Assembly (NCBI GenBank): GCA_951406725.2
Contig: OX597814.1
Coordinates: forward strand, 24,924,001 to 24,988,000
Reading direction: 5' to 3'
Length of the DNA stretch: 64,000 nucleotides
DNA from: Octopus vulgaris
Lineage: Eukaryota
Each line of letters begins with the position of its first letter. Position 1 is the first letter of the stretch. The position numbers were made by a program, and so were the translations under genes. Under the pieces are notes generated by a model that saw only the letters and a list, made by a program, of their open reading frames with translations, searched no databases and was not told the DNA's origin. Positions 50,129 through 64,000 of this stretch are shown piece by piece.

Positions 50129-52436
50129 GATAACTTAGACAAATTTGTATCATGGAAGTTAATGTGTTAATCTTTATTAGTCCAAGTAAGACCTACATTA
50201 GAATATTGCTCACATATATGCGGTCACAAAATCCAAGCTCACACACTAGAAGATTATTTGACTGATTGAAAAATATTCAGTTACCATCATACTTCAATTA
50301 TCTACTCATGGGCATGCTTTCTATTTTCTCTGCCCCTTCAATCATTACTACAATGTTTATTGTTTCTCTGAACTAGCTGGCAGCATACACTCTCTAAACA
50401 CACTTGCTTATCTCACTGATGCTTCCTCCTCCTCAATTCATCTCCTTGATTTTATACTAAACGTTTCACTCAGTCCTTCCTCCAAACAAATTTGAATACA
50501 ATTTTAAAAGATTGTAGACTTATTCAATTCTAAAGCCATACTTCATCCCCCAAAGGTTGAGATAGAAAACAATATGCAAACTAAAGCTCTGACACCTATT
50601 CACTGGAGCCAAGCTTGTCAAACAATGCTGTTCTGTATTTATGATTAATATTCTTTTCTCTTTGTGACTTTGAATATAAAAGCAAAGCAGCAAGAGTTTG
50701 GAATGATCTATGATATATCAAATGAACAATCATCAATGCATGTTTTACCCAAAAATGTTGGCAACGTTCACTCCCTAGCTTCGCTAACCATTGTTACAAG
50801 AATGTTTCTCATAATATCTATACATATATATGAATAAAGACATTAGCTGTGAAAGAAAACTTTTATTATGGCCACTTGACTCTAGTTTCACCCTAATGGC
50901 CTAAAATAATTGCATGTGATTAGAAAGAATGAAATAAACTAAAACTTTTTGTAAATTAGTTGTTTTGTGGTTGTGAGTAATGCATGCATATGTGTGTGGG
51001 GAAAAGTTGAGGGAAAGATTTTATGCTATTCCGGTTACTTCCGAGACACTAAACTAAGACATTAGAAAACTATCAGCAAAATTCTGCTATCTGATTTAAA
51101 CATTATATGATTTAAAGGCATTGAAAAAAAAATTGTGTTTCTATAAAAATATTTTAATGAAATTTCTGGTAATTTTTAATTCATTTTTGTTAATTTTATT
51201 TCTTGCAAAATTCTCATTAGAATTGTTGAACTTGGAAAGAATATAAAATGACTAAAAATATTTGCTGAATTTGGTAATGTTATTTAAACAAAAAGAATAA
51301 ATAAAACTAATAAGAATGGAATAAAGTACTTTCGTGAAATACTAATGACTGACTGCCATCTTAGAAGATTAGTTTCCATTTTTTTGTAGGAAATATAAAT
51401 GAGCAGAATAATGAAGAAGTTCTTCATGTGTAATGGACAGAAATAATTAATGTAACTAGAACTGAGGCAGAAAATCATAGTTCTGATGCAGTCTTTATGA
51501 GTAATATTATTAGTTAAACACTACTTTTATCAAGAGGAAGTTTTATGTATCTATTCATAAATTTATCTATTGTTTAATCTCCCACCTTCTATGCATCCAT
51601 CCAGCCACCACTAGCTAGGTAGCTAGAATGTGTAAGTTTATTTGATGGTTTGCTTATGGCTTAAGGAGTCCTTCTTTGATAAGGTAAGAATAAGACTGAA
51701 ATATACTCAACGTTCATTTTTGTACTTGCCAGAAAAAGAAAATTATTAGCCATTGACTGATATATATATATTTTCCTCATTAGAGTCTTACTTCTAATGA
51801 GATTTTTAATGCTCTCTTCATTAAATATGTATACATCAACTTACTTAACAAGCTCAGAGCATTTTCAGTTACCTAGCTACCTGTCTCTGACACAAATTGG
51901 TGCACCACACATAATGAATTTGACTACAAATGAATTAGAAAGAAGTAGTTAGTTATGATCAAATGTATTTGTGGCTCATATATTTAATGACTAATACTGA
52001 GAAATGCTGAAAGACCTATTCAACTCCATTTTTACAATGGCAATGATGATGGTGGTGATGGTGGCGGTGGCAATGGTGTTGTATTCATCTTTCTGCTTCC
52101 AATTATTTAAATAATTTATTAACCTTGTTAAAACCCTTGCCATAATAATGAGCACCATAAATTATCGAAATAATGAGAAAGGAAAATAGGATGTTATAGA
52201 AAAAATTGAAATTAAAAAATGTAAATTATTTTAAAAGGTGAAGAGCTATAAATATTAAAACTCAGATGCTGGCATAGGCATGTGGTTAAAATGTTTACTT
52301 CATAACTATGTGATTCCAAGTTCAATCTCACTGCACAACGCATTGGACAAGTGTCATTTTCCACAGCTTTTGTTTAATCATTGATAGAAATAGTGTTGAA
52401 GCTTGTTGTATATATGTATGTTCAAGTAATAATAAT

Positions 52437-52691
52437 AAAAAATGCACCTTTTTTAAAGCCTAGCCAGGCTCATGGGCCCAGATTCCTAGTTTCTATGGCA
52501 TGTGTGTTCCCCAGCTGGATGGGACGCCAGTCCATCGCAGCATTACTCATTTTTCCCAGCTGAGTGGACTGGAGCAATGTGAAATGAAATGTTTTGCTCA
52601 AGAATACAACGTGTTGCCCGGTCCAGGAATCGAAACCACTATCTTACAATCATGATGCTGACAACCTAACTACTTAGCCACATGCCTCCAC
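52437..52691 (-). mobile_element. tRNA-derived SINE family E nested in a decayed family-B copy
   Basis: Minus strand has TGGCTAAGTAG A-box, GGTTTCGATTCC B-box and tgcgatggactggcgtcccatccag body. Confidence 0.75.
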
Positions 52692-52919
52692 GTATGTCCT
52701 AGTACTTGTCTGAAATTATGTTTACTGGTGTAAACCATCAAGCATAGCTACAATACAATTATTTCAAAGCATAACATAGTGATTTGGTAATATAGAGTGA
52801 TAGAATAAGTACTAGACTGAATAATCTCTGGAGTTTATAGGATCAACTAAATTCTTTTAAGGCGTTTCTCCAATATGGTATCAAATCAAAATACAGGAAA
52901 TCAAAAAAATATATCTTTT

Positions 52920-53625
52920 TTTCTATCTTTTACTTCTTTCAGTCATTTCACTGCAGCCATGCTGGGGCACCACCTTGAAGGAATTTAGTCAAACAAATCA
53001 ACTCCAGGACTTATTTTTTCAAGCTTAGTACTTATTCTATCAGTCTCTTTTTGTTGAACTACTCAGTTATGGAGACTTAAACACACCATCACTGGTTGTC
53101 AAGCAGTGGTGGGGAACAAATTCAAACACAGACAAAGATATAAGCATATATATATATATAGAGAGAGAGAGATAGAGAGAGAGGGGGGAGAGGGAGGGAG
53201 AGATTAATAGATAGATAGATAGATAGATTTGTAAAGGTAAGATCCAAGAATAAAGATATAGGAAGTTAGTGGGCTTGAAGGAATCTGTAGAAGATATAAA
53301 AACCAACTTTCAGGAACAAAAGTGGTTTATTCACATAGAAGGTTATGAATTTTTCTCAAATCGAAGTATGATAAACTGATAAAAGTTAATTTTATAGTTC
53401 ATGGTTAGCAACATAGCTTGTTGTATAGGTGAATAAACATCCAAAATTTCAGGTTACATGTTTCATAGCTAGTGGAATCTCTGAAGTAGTAAATTCTACT
53501 CACAAGGCTTTGGTTGACCCAAGGCCTATAGTAAAAGACACTTGCCCAAGGTTCCACACTGGGAGACTGAAGCTAGAACCATGTGGTCGCAAAACAAGCT
53601 TCACACAGCCATGTCTGTGCCTATA
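52920..53625 (-). mobile_element. SINE family B, split by about 330 bp of other sequence
   Basis: 3' half at 52920-53160 and 5' half at 53490-53625. Confidence 0.7.
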
Positions 53626-53804
53626 TAGATAAAAATTTCAAATTTAAAATCTAAGCAAGACAGACAAATAGCGTTTCTAACATTTCCTTTTAGGAGACAT
53701 TGTTACCTGTATATAACTGGTCAATCATATACAAATGATGCTAAAATATCAATACCATAAGAACTGACAATTTCATTAACAGACATTTACAAGAAAAATT
53801 AATA

Positions 53805-54210
53805 TTCTTTTCTACTCTAGGCACAAGGTCCAAAATTTTGGGGGAGGAGGCCAGTCAATTAGATCAAGCCCATCATGCAACTGGTACTTAATTTATCAAC
53901 CCCAAAAGGATGAAAGGCAAATTCGACCTCAGCAGAATTTGAACTCTAAGCATTTTGCCGGGTGTGCTAACATTTTTTATTTCTTTATTGCCCACAAGGG
54001 GTTAAACATAGAGGGGACAAACAAGGACAGACAAAGGTATTAAGTTGATTACATCGACCCCAGTGCATAACTAGTACTTAATTTATCAACCTCAAAAGGA
54101 TGAAAAGCAAAGTCGACCTCAGCGGAATTTGAACTCAGAATGTAACAGCAGACAAAATACCGCTAAGTATTTTGCCTGGCATGCTAATGTTTCTGCCAGC
54201 TCGCCACCTT
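53805..54210 (-). mobile_element. Two adjacent family-A SINEs with different tails
   Basis: The core ct(g/a)gtacttaatttatcaacc...ggatgaaa occurs twice. Confidence 0.85.
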
Positions 54211-54615
54211 AGAGAGAAATTAAATATTACTGAATGAAAGATAGCTATGACTGCTTAATTCCTTGCAAATGCTTGTTATTGATATACTTCCCTTTGGAAA
54301 ACCAAAATTCCCAGATAATAGCAAACAAGTAATAGGCACTAAAGGGTATGTATTTTTGGACAGATAAACCAAAATCAGCATCGTGACTAATCATTACCCA
54401 TCTTCAACTCTTGCAGCACAGACCTACATGCCATATTTGTCACAAGCAAACAAGTGAGCTCCTTCATGGTAACACAATCTCCTAGAAATAGTACACAGAC
54501 TTTCTTGAAATCACTCTCTGCAGTCTTAGAATAAGAAAGGCATACTGAATAATGTAGTCAAGTATGTATTGCTCATAGAAATAAGAAAAGTTTGTCTAGA
54601 GAACAATAATTTTAA

Positions 54616-54825
54616 CCCTTTTGAGACCAACCTGGCTGAAACCGGCTCTGGCTCTGTAATACAAATGTCTTGTTTTCATAAGTTTTGAATTAAAATCTTC
54701 CACCAAATCTTAGTCACAATTTATGTTCACTAGCTTAACTAAGTTATTTCAATAAATTCTTTGTTATACTTAAATTAATTGAAAGAAACAGAGAGCATCT
54801 CAAAATAAATACAATAACGAAAGGG
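54616..54825. mobile_element. piggyBac-type MITE
   Basis: TTAA|CCCTTT...AAAGGG|TTAA: TTAA target duplication and CCC termini, no ORF. Confidence 0.75.
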
Positions 54826-55148
54826 TTAATCAGTTGTCTGCTCAACTAGGGTTAAGCAACCGTGACCTGGGTTAACCATCTGTGACAACTACTATATGAA
54901 ATCATAAAATTTCATGGAGAAGCAGTTGTTCCTGTGTTAGAGTATGTAGGCATGTGTGTGTGCGTATGTATGTGTATGTGTGTTAATATCAGTGTGTATG
55001 TATATGAAATGTCTTTAGAAGTGCTACTATATCTGTAACTGAGGGTGTGTCAGTTTCTGTATTGCCTTGTGTTTTTACCTTCATCTCCATGTACCTCTGC
55101 GTATCACAATATTTTGCTTTCTATAATGATATTTGTATGCAAGTGTGT

Positions 55149-55187
<39 letters not shown>

Positions 55188-55712
55188 TGTCTTATAATGG
55201 TTCTATATGTAAATATCATTGGAATGTTAACTTACTATTGATATTTCTTGCTGCCGAGCTAATTAATTTTGAATTATTCATTTGATAATGTGTCAAGATC
55301 AGTAGGCATAATACCATTATACATTTCTACACCATTCTACAGTTTGCACGAATTCACCTACTTTAAGAATGAAGAATGAAACAAACAAAGGCTAAAAACA
55401 ATGGCAGTTTTCCTTGTAATAAAATTATAAGGAAAATTGACTTTCTAATACAGCCAGGAAGAAAGTGAAACTAAGCCTTCAAATCCATTAATTAGAGATT
55501 TATCTTTTTTTTAGAATTTGTGAAACTCAAAGAGAATATTTTGCCTATGAATTTTATATAAATTGTTTTTAAATACACGTGTACAGATCAGTCAGTTTAA
55601 TATGAATGGGCATTCTTATTCTTTCAACTCCAATGCAATCATTTAGTATCCTTAAATTTTGCAGACCAAGTGAATATATAATGAAATTATTTGTGCAAAT
55701 ATGTACATATTT

Positions 55713-55876
55713 GGTGTAGGAGTGGTTGTGTGGTAAGTAGCTAGCTTACGAACCACATGGTTCCGGGTTCAATCCCACTGTGTGGCACTTTGGGCAAGTG
55801 TCTTCTACTATGGCCTTGGGCCAACCAAAGCCTTGTGAGTGGATTTGGTAGATGGAAACTGAAAAGAAGCCCATCG

Positions 55877-55917
<41 letters not shown>

Positions 55918-56140
55918 ATGTGTGCGTGTATATGTTTGTGTGTCTGTGTTTGTCCCCCACCCAACATCGTTTGACAACCGATGCTGGTGTGTTTACGTCC
56001 CCGTAACTTAGCAGTTCGGCAAAATTGGCCGATAGAATAAGTACTAGGCTTACAAAGAATAAATCCTGGGGTTAATTTGCTCGACTAAAGGCGGTGCTCC
56101 AGCATGGCCACAGTCAAATGACTGAAATAAGCAAAAGAGT
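55713..56140 (+). mobile_element. SINE family B
   Basis: Full-length match to the family. Confidence 0.9.
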
Positions 56141-56219
56141 ATATGTACAATATACAAGATAAATAAGTTCATAAATTACCATCTGATGTGTATATATCCT
56201 ATTTACTTCTTATATGGGA

Positions 56220-56412
56220 TTAACCATTGATCAGCTCTGATCAAGTAGACTTATAGTCAAAGGCATCCAGCTATGACTATCTGGTATATCTGGATTACAT
56301 TATCTAATGTATCATAGTCTTATGTAAGACAGTAGGGTGTGATTTAAGGAGATTTGGCTTCTAATTCTAGCAGGCTAGAGTAGCAGCCATGTAGAGTCTC
56401 CTTCGTTGGCAT
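56220..56412 (+). repeat. Old dispersed repeat, unclassified
   Basis: gtgattt..ggagatttggct.cta.ttctagcagg also appears near 41810, 44830 and 48530, and inverted near 45400, 54480 and 62630. Confidence 0.5.
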
Positions 56413-59254
56413 ATCTACAAGATTATTTTTCATGTGTGTGTGTATGCTAGTATTTGGGAAATGGTGTCAGAATCAAAGCAGGTTGTGAATGTGGCTGTAT
56501 TTGCTGGGCTATGTCTTATACAGTCATTTTGAATTTGGAGTGGTGTACTGGAAAATTATGCAAACTCAGCATGTACATTGTTAGAAAGTGTCCTGAAAGT
56601 TTGGTTGCAATTTGGGAAGCAAGGGGAGTTGACAGTTATGTGATTAGGATCATCTTTTTCTTATCCATTAATTATCTTATTGGTTATCATTACCAAATGG
56701 TGGCTGTCTTCCTCAGAAACCATTCACCATTTTCCCTGTCAGAAACAGTTTGATATGATTAGCATCATTAAGTTTTTGGTCACAAGGATGGTATGCTTAG
56801 TCTGCTTGGTCAGCTTGGTCAACTGTGAGCCTCACTCTCCAAATATTTGTTAGTACAGCCATGAACTAGTGTTGTGTGAGAGATATGTTATGCACATATT
56901 TGTTTCAATCACATGTTAAGTTGTTTGGGATATACAATTTCAGCTTAATACTGACAGAATGCCAACCATTTAGTAGTCATGGGTAATTAGTGTTTGGAAG
57001 CTGTTTGCAATACCATCCAGGAGGGATTCTCTTTCTCAAAAAAAGGTCACACTGCTCTGTAGAGACAAAGACTTTGGTGAGGTAAAAGTTGTTTGGCATC
57101 AGAAAAGTGATTAAAAGTGTTCAGTATGTCAGTGTATTGATAAAATATACTTAATGGTGATGGTGATCTTAAGCAGGTTTTATAAAGTATGTATAAAGAT
57201 TGGAAAAACCATAAGAGAAATTTGTCATTGAACCTATGACGCCGGATTTAAATTTAAATGGAAGTATATGTAGGAGGAAATTTTTTAAAAGCTTCTAGAT
57301 GTAGTTTGAGTTTAATAAATGGAAGAAGCACCAGGTAAACTTAGAGTAATGGAAATGGAAGAGAGGGTTCAATCAGGAGCAACTGAAAGTATTTATTGAT
57401 GCTGACATCCTGGTGGGGAAAGTGAAATTTAAGTAAGATCTCAGAACAATCAACCATAATTTACTGAATGTCACAAATATGAAGATTATTATGATTGATT
57501 GTAAATTATAATGAGTATGGATGTGTGAATGTAAATTATTCAGATATTAAACTCATAACAAAGGCTAGAATAAAGATGTGCTGATTTAATAGTGACAATG
57601 TTTAATCATTAATACTAATTCCAGTTCAGTTATATGCTCTCATTTTAATATACTTTAGAGTTAAATACCCAGGTAACTATACATTAATTTTCTAGTCACT
57701 TTACAGGGATAAATATGTAGATTAATGGAGTTAAAATGCTTCTTCAAAGGTGTGGCAAAATATTTAACAAGCAACAGGCCAGTAGTCCATGACCTGTGTT
57801 ATATTATCCAGCTATTTACTGCGATTTCAAGAGAAAGTAATAAATTTTATTTGAACTGTATCATCTGCATGGGAAATGTTCTTAAATAATGTATCAAAAT
57901 TTATTTTGTGATGTATCAACTAAAGTTTGTTAAGAGAACAAATTTTATGTGAAATATTACAATACTTATTGAATAGTTTTTTCAATATTTTTCAATAAAT
58001 TTAAATTTGCCTGAAACAAAGAAAGTTAGTATTGTTCTAAATTATGATGAAAAAAAAAAAGTAAATTTAAAAAGTATATAACTTTAATAAAGTAGTTATT
58101 TTGTGCATTTGAAGAATTGCAAATATACTCTAACTTTCTGTGGATATCTAAACAATTACAAATATAATTTGTATATCAATGGATACATTTTAGAAATATT
58201 TCATTATTAAAAAGGAGAACATTAGAAAATAAAAATAAATGCATTTCATTTCTAAATAGATATTTAAAGTATACTGATATAATTTGTTTATTGATAGATA
58301 TATAAACTGTTTTGTTTATTTATATTTATGTATTTTATTTAAAAGCAAATATCTGAAAATTTAGATATACTCATCGGTAAATAGACAAATTCATAATTTT
58401 TATTTCGAGTCGTTTCTTTAATAATTCTCATGTTTGATTTTCAATTTAAATATAGTTGCAATTTCTGCGAATTCTGTTATTTATTTTAAAATCAATACTT
58501 TGTAAGTTTGCTTGAATTTAACAGATGCTTTTCTCATTTAAGTCTAAAAGTTGCTGTTGAATTTGAAATCAGTTTGTATGAGCAGTCTAGGTTCAGTTCT
58601 TACACTTTGAGTGACCAAGAGGAATCTATAAATTTTTAAAATACCAGATTTTTTTTCTGTGCAAACAAACCTTGAAGTCTGCTGAAGTTCATTTCGTTTG
58701 GCATCATTAGAACTCATCTTTATCATAATTTCTTGAAATATTTATATCAGAGCAATATTAACTAAAAGAAATTAAGGTCACACAATCTACTATATTTCTT
58801 ATTATACACAGAACTTTTCCCAAGGTACTTTTATGTTACAATTAACATTAAAGTCAGAAAATCTCACAGGTAATTATATCCAGATGATAGGTTTATGCAC
58901 TAAAATGTTTTTGTGCATATAAAAACTTACAGATATGAGTTATTAATAGACATCTTTTTTCTTCACTGTAAAAAGTAGATTATCATAATGGAACCATTGA
59001 TTTTTGCTTGTGGGACCAGGAAAAAGGTATTGGATGAGATGAATTCTTTTACCTCTTCATCAGGGCCCAGTCACTATTTTTTCTGATCAGAGAGAAAATA
59101 ATAATATATATCTATTCATTATTATACACAGACCTTGATAGGAAGGAATATTCTACCCTAATTTGCATAACTGTCCAATTATTGCAAGGTGTATAAATAT
59201 ATTATGTGAAGTGCTACACAACATATATATATGATGTGTGTGTGTGTCTGCGTG

Positions 59255-59297
<43 letters not shown>

Positions 59298-59301
59298 GCT
59301 G

Positions 59302-59362
<61 letters not shown>
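59255..59362. repeat. (TTG)n(CTG)n triplet repeat
   Basis: Visible array. Confidence 0.95.
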
Positions 59363-59800
59363 AGGCATAGCTAAATAGTAAGAAGTTCACTTTGCAACCA
59401 TATGGTTTTTGGCTCAGTCTTATTGCATGACACTGTGGGCAGGAGTCTTCTACTAGAGCCCCAAACTGGATAACTGGACAATACCTGGGGAGTGAATTTG
59501 GTGAATAAAAGCTGTTCAGAAGAGTGTTGTGTGTTTGTGTATATGTGTGTGTGTGTGTGTGTGTGGTTGTATGCATGTGTGTGTCTGTGTGTGCATCATT
59601 GTCTTTTGTCTCTCACTGGTTGACAACCAGTTTGGATTGATTATGTTCTTACAACTTTGTGATTTGGCAAAAATAAATGACAGAGTAAGAACTAGACTTA
59701 AAAACATGTGGTGGAGTTGATTAGATTGGTTAAAGCCCTTTAAGGTAGTTCCCTAGTATGGTTACAGTAAGTGACTAAAACAGGTGAAAGAATAAGAGAA
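59363..59800 (+). mobile_element. SINE family B, old decayed copy
   Basis: Head, central (TG)n and ttgacaacc...ttggcaaaa...taagaactagactt relics. Confidence 0.6.
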
Positions 59801-60122
59801 TAAATTAATGTAAAATCAATACTCAGTGTGTTGGACAAATTAGAAGAGACCAATTCAATACTAAGTTCGTCTTTTATATAAATAACTATATACTACTATG
59901 TTCCTGTGGTCACAAAAGTTAATAACCAACTTCTGACAAGGTAGTAAAAATTGTTGAAACTAACCAGAGCAATCTCCTTCTTCCTGGACACAGAGTGGGA
60001 AAGTGTTATTTAACTGAAGTATCTCCTTTTCACAACAAAGCTTTAAGAAATGCACTAAAGCCACATGTATATCAGTCTGCTTACATTTCTGGTTATTGCA
60101 AAAAAAAAATTTAAATATCATG

Positions 60123-60505
60123 TAGAGTGGCTGTGTGGTAAGTAGCTTGCTAACCAACCACATGGTTCCGGGTTCAGTCCCACTGCGTGGCATCTTGGAC
60201 AAGTGTCTTCTGCTATAGCCTCGGGCCGACCAATGCCTTGTGAGTGGATTTGGTAGACGGAAACTGAAAGAAGCCTGTCGTATATATGTATGTGTGTGTG
60301 TGTTTGTGTGTCTGTGTTTGTCCCCCTAGCATTGCTTGACAACCGATGCTGGTGTGTTTATGTCCCCGTAACTTAGCGGTTCGGCAAAAGAGACTGATAG
60401 AATAAGTACTGGGCTTACAAAGAATAAGTACCGGGGTCGAGTTGCTCGACTAAAGGCGGTGCTCCAGCATGGCCACAGTCAAATGACTGAAACAAGTAAA
60501 AGAGT
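60123..60505 (+). mobile_element. SINE family B (young)
   Basis: Full-length match to the family. Confidence 0.9.
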
Positions 60506-61104
60506 TTCTTTAAACTAATTTTATATTATAAAAATTTGTGAGTGTAATACTATGCAAATACCTATAATGATGTGTCAGATTTAACTTGCTTCAAGCTACT
60601 TGGCTTGGAACAAGTATTGTGTTTTAATTTATGCCTAAGCAGTTAATTTATTCATTCATCTGAAAACAACTTTATGTGAATTTGAGAATTCAAAAAACAA
60701 TTGATTATATAATAATGGATGTGGAAACTACACACACACACACACACATACCACACACACTTATTGTCAAATACAAAAGTATGCACAAACATACATGCCT
60801 TCATATAATCAGTGTTGTGTATCTATTTTTTTTTTTTTTTGAATTTATGATATCAATGTAGCAGAAACATGCCTGTGTTCTTCTAATAGAAACTGGTATC
60901 AGAACTGGACTGAACACCACTCACAGAAGAAGAGATTAGTATTTTCTAGACCATAGAACTGCTATTTATGAACATCAAACATAGTCTGATGTACACTGAA
61001 GTAGGTAAACTACAAAAAAAAAAAACCCAAGCCAACTGTAAAATGAGACATTCTCGACACTCACCTTTCTTGTATCTGCTATCACATTTTCCTTTTATCT
61101 CTTA

Positions 61105-61140
61105 GACACACACACACATGCACACACGAACACACACACG

Positions 61141-61172
<32 letters not shown>

Positions 61173-61472
61173 CACACACACATACACACACATGCACACA
61201 CACACAGAGACACACATTGCTTTTTTTTCCTTCGCTATCTCACACATGTATTCACCTTCTTTGTATACTTAACTAAGCACCTCTACATGTGCATACAAAC
61301 AATTTTCAGTTTCCAAACTTGTTAACAATTCTACCATTCTTGTCGCCTCTCCATCAGCTCCGCTGTTCTTATTTCAGTTTTTCTTCAGTTGTTCTTTCAT
61401 TAATGAAGAGGAACAGTGACAAAAATTATAGATGGTGACATCAGCTCTGGGTAAAAAGAAAAATGCATGCAT

Positions 61473-61515
<43 letters not shown>

Positions 61516-62208
61516 ATGTAACAAAGAAATAAAGTAAAAAAAAAAACATATAAAAGCAATAAAAGATCAAGACACCTACACATCAATTTTGAGGTCAAAC
61601 TGCTGATTATTTTTATATTGACTTTCTCATTCTGTGAAATATAATTCCTTTGAAGGATAATTTAGTGAAGTTCAAATATGAGGAATAAAATTTCAGCTTT
61701 GCTTGCTTCAACAGTCAATGGCTGATCAACAATTTATTGTGAAAGAGTAATATGCAAGTGTTGCCAGTATGTTGCGGAAATATGCAAGAGCTTTCACTAA
61801 ATAGTAGAATTAGCTAATGATATTCTTTGTGCAATGAACTGTCTAACTGTCTAACTGTTAAGCCTATTAACAGTGAAACTGCTTACTCTCCTCTCACAAA
61901 CAGTGCTGCCAGCACACCGGCACCATCCCCACCATCCCCACCACTGCTACTGCTATTACCTCCCCCCTCCCCCCCAACCCACAGATGCCGTTGTTGCTGT
62001 TGCCATCATCACTTCTCTTCATCCCATTATAAATCAATTATATATAATTTTTTTAAATATTTTCCTGTTACAAATATCTTGCAGTCATCAAAATGGTTAC
62101 CTAGGATGGCTTAGTTATGCGATGTGCATGCTTTTAAAGAGTTGCAGATTTGTGTTCTGGAGTGAACATATTCATTCACGCATACTTTAATACACACACA
62201 AACACACA

Positions 62209-62263
<55 letters not shown>

Positions 62264-62455
62264 ACACACACACACACACACACATGCATACACACACATG
62301 CTTGCATACTGGCATACACAGATATTCTCTCTATTTCTTCATCACTTTTTCTAATTTCTCATAATTTCATTCACTATCATTTACTTGCTTTCTTATTTCT
62401 CCTTCATGAATCTGGTTTTATATGTGTGTATGCATATGCATGCATGTGTATTTAT

Positions 62456-62494
<39 letters not shown>

Positions 62495-62505
62495 CACACA
62501 CTCAC
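61105..62505. repeat. Region of (CA)n arrays (61105-61217, 61475-61511, 62192-62298, 62457-62505)
   Basis: Visible arrays. Confidence 0.9.
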
Positions 62506-62924
62506 ATACCAGCATATAGATAAACGAACAAACTTTCTTTCTCCCGGTTTCTCACTTTACATAGTATCTTCCACAATCTGTCACAATGAATTCTATCTAA
62601 GGTAGTAAGACAGCTCCTTTGTGATTGCTTGACATGCAGTAAACATTAGTCAAATTTCCATCAAATTACACTCCACTGTTCCACCCGGAATGCGGGTGTT
62701 AAATGATGAATGTGATGATGATGATGATGATGATGATGATATTATAAAAAGTGGGAGTGACACTCATAATTTGGTATAGTTTTAGCTAATCCAGAAATCC
62801 ATATTTGTACAGTCTGAATTTTGGCTTTGAAACAACACATATATAAAATTCTTATTTCAAATTATGACTTTCTCTTCTTATGCATACCTTTCCTTCATTG
62901 GACACTAAACTCTGTTTGTGAAAA

Positions 62925-63425
62925 CCTGTTGAGGCAAGTGAAATCAAAATCAAATTTGATGACTGGCATCCATGCTAGTGGAGCACTAAGAGCACCATCC
63001 AAGCATGATCGTTGCCAGAGCAATTAACTGGCTTTCATGCTGGTGGCATGTTAGAAGCACCATTCGAGTGTGATCGTTACCAGCGTCACCTTACTGGTAC
63101 TTGTGTCGGTGGAATATGAAAAAACATTGGAGTGAGGTTGTTGTCAGTACCGCTGGACTGGCTCCCGTACAGGTGGCACATAAAACAATACCATTTGAGC
63201 ATGGCCATTGCCAGTACCGCCAGACTGGCCCTCGTGCCAGTGGCATGTAAAAGCACCCACTACACTCGGAGTGGTTGGCATTAGGAAGGGCATCCAGCTG
63301 TAGAAACTCTGCTAGATCAAGATTGGAGCTTGGTGCAGCCATCTGGTTCGTCACTCCTCAGTCAAATTGTCCAACCCATGCTAGCATGGAAAGCGGACGT
63401 TAAATGATGATGATGATGACGACGA
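62925..63425 (+). mobile_element. RTE 3' UTR copy
   Basis: Modular repeats, common tail and (GAT)n. Confidence 0.85.
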
Positions 63426-64000
63426 CTTTCTCTTGTTTATAATTAGACCATGAGTGCTGATTTTTCACCAACTGCTCAGTTCAAGTACAATGCAGTTTGT
63501 GGTCTACAACATTCCAGATGTCAAATAATCAATCTCGATCTGAGTTTGACAGAACACTGCAACTTGATCAAAGGGACAAACTGTGGAAATATATTTTACT
63601 CAAATGACATCTGAACTTTTTTGCTGCTGTTGCTGTCATTGTCCAAGAATCACTGCAGATGTTACTGCCTTAGTACATATTTGTGCATCTACATCCATGG
63701 CATCATGAGATCCCTTGTAGTGTGTATTGGTAGCAGAAATATCTCCAAACCAGCAGAGCCTATCTTTTCCTCAAGAAATGAAAGAGTATATTCTCCAATC
63801 TGGTCAGGTATTTACTTAGATGAACTACAAGAGTCTGATATATAATCTACATTCATCTAATCTTTCAAGGATAATTTTCTTTTAGCTGTAGTAACACCAT
63901 CTTGGAAATCTCCAGCTCACATGTGCAGAGTTGGATTCTTCCGGGAGGCCTGCTGACAGTTCCCTCATGCACATGTGCAGAAAACTAGCAGCAGCAAAAT

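Noticed and set aside
56450-57440. Second Penelope RT relic
   Set aside because: Only faint motif echoes (IFYQYTDI), with no convincing ordered motifs.
58544-58726. 60-aa ORF as an exon or hAT fragment
   Set aside because: No recognisable motif or convincing splice pair.
59153-59368. Poly-Ala/Thr protein
   Set aside because: A triplet repeat abutting a SINE head, with no coding context.
61920-61982. G-quadruplex or proline-rich exon
   Set aside because: Low-complexity CCA/C-run sequence with no other support.
63430-64000. Host exon or LINE fragment at the window end
   Set aside because: No long open frame or clear motif on either strand.

Overview
AT-rich, repeat-saturated eukaryotic DNA. 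The combination of tRNA-derived SINEs, RTE, R4/Dong and Penelope relics and dense microsatellites suggests an octopus or other cephalopod genome (inference). No host protein-coding gene can be confidently called, and nearly all ORFs in the supplied track are microsatellite or SINE read-throughs. The one long intact ORF (7981-9531, minus strand, 516 aa) is the 3' half of an R4/Dong-clade RLE retrotransposon. It sits in a nest of about eight same-orientation Dong-type pieces within (TTA)n microsatellite (6.2-15 kb). Also present are RTE LINE fragments with many 5'-truncated (GAT)n-tailed 3' ends, Penelope-like RT and GIY-YIG relics, a CR1/Jockey-like RT relic, a hAT transposase relic, two non-autonomous Helitrons, a piggyBac-type MITE and at least four SINE families. 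The most notable observations are: (1) a covarying hairpin with a 4x2 internal loop shared by the 3' ends of several divergent Dong families; (2) hammerhead-like motifs with a U3-A8 core; (3) a templated 96-bp insertion plus a 71-bp fold-back inside a Dong RT; (4) two Dong elements joined back-to-back; (5) nested inverted SINE pairs. All calls are by eye, and boundaries of decayed elements are approximate. I do not see firm evidence of a wholly new biological system.
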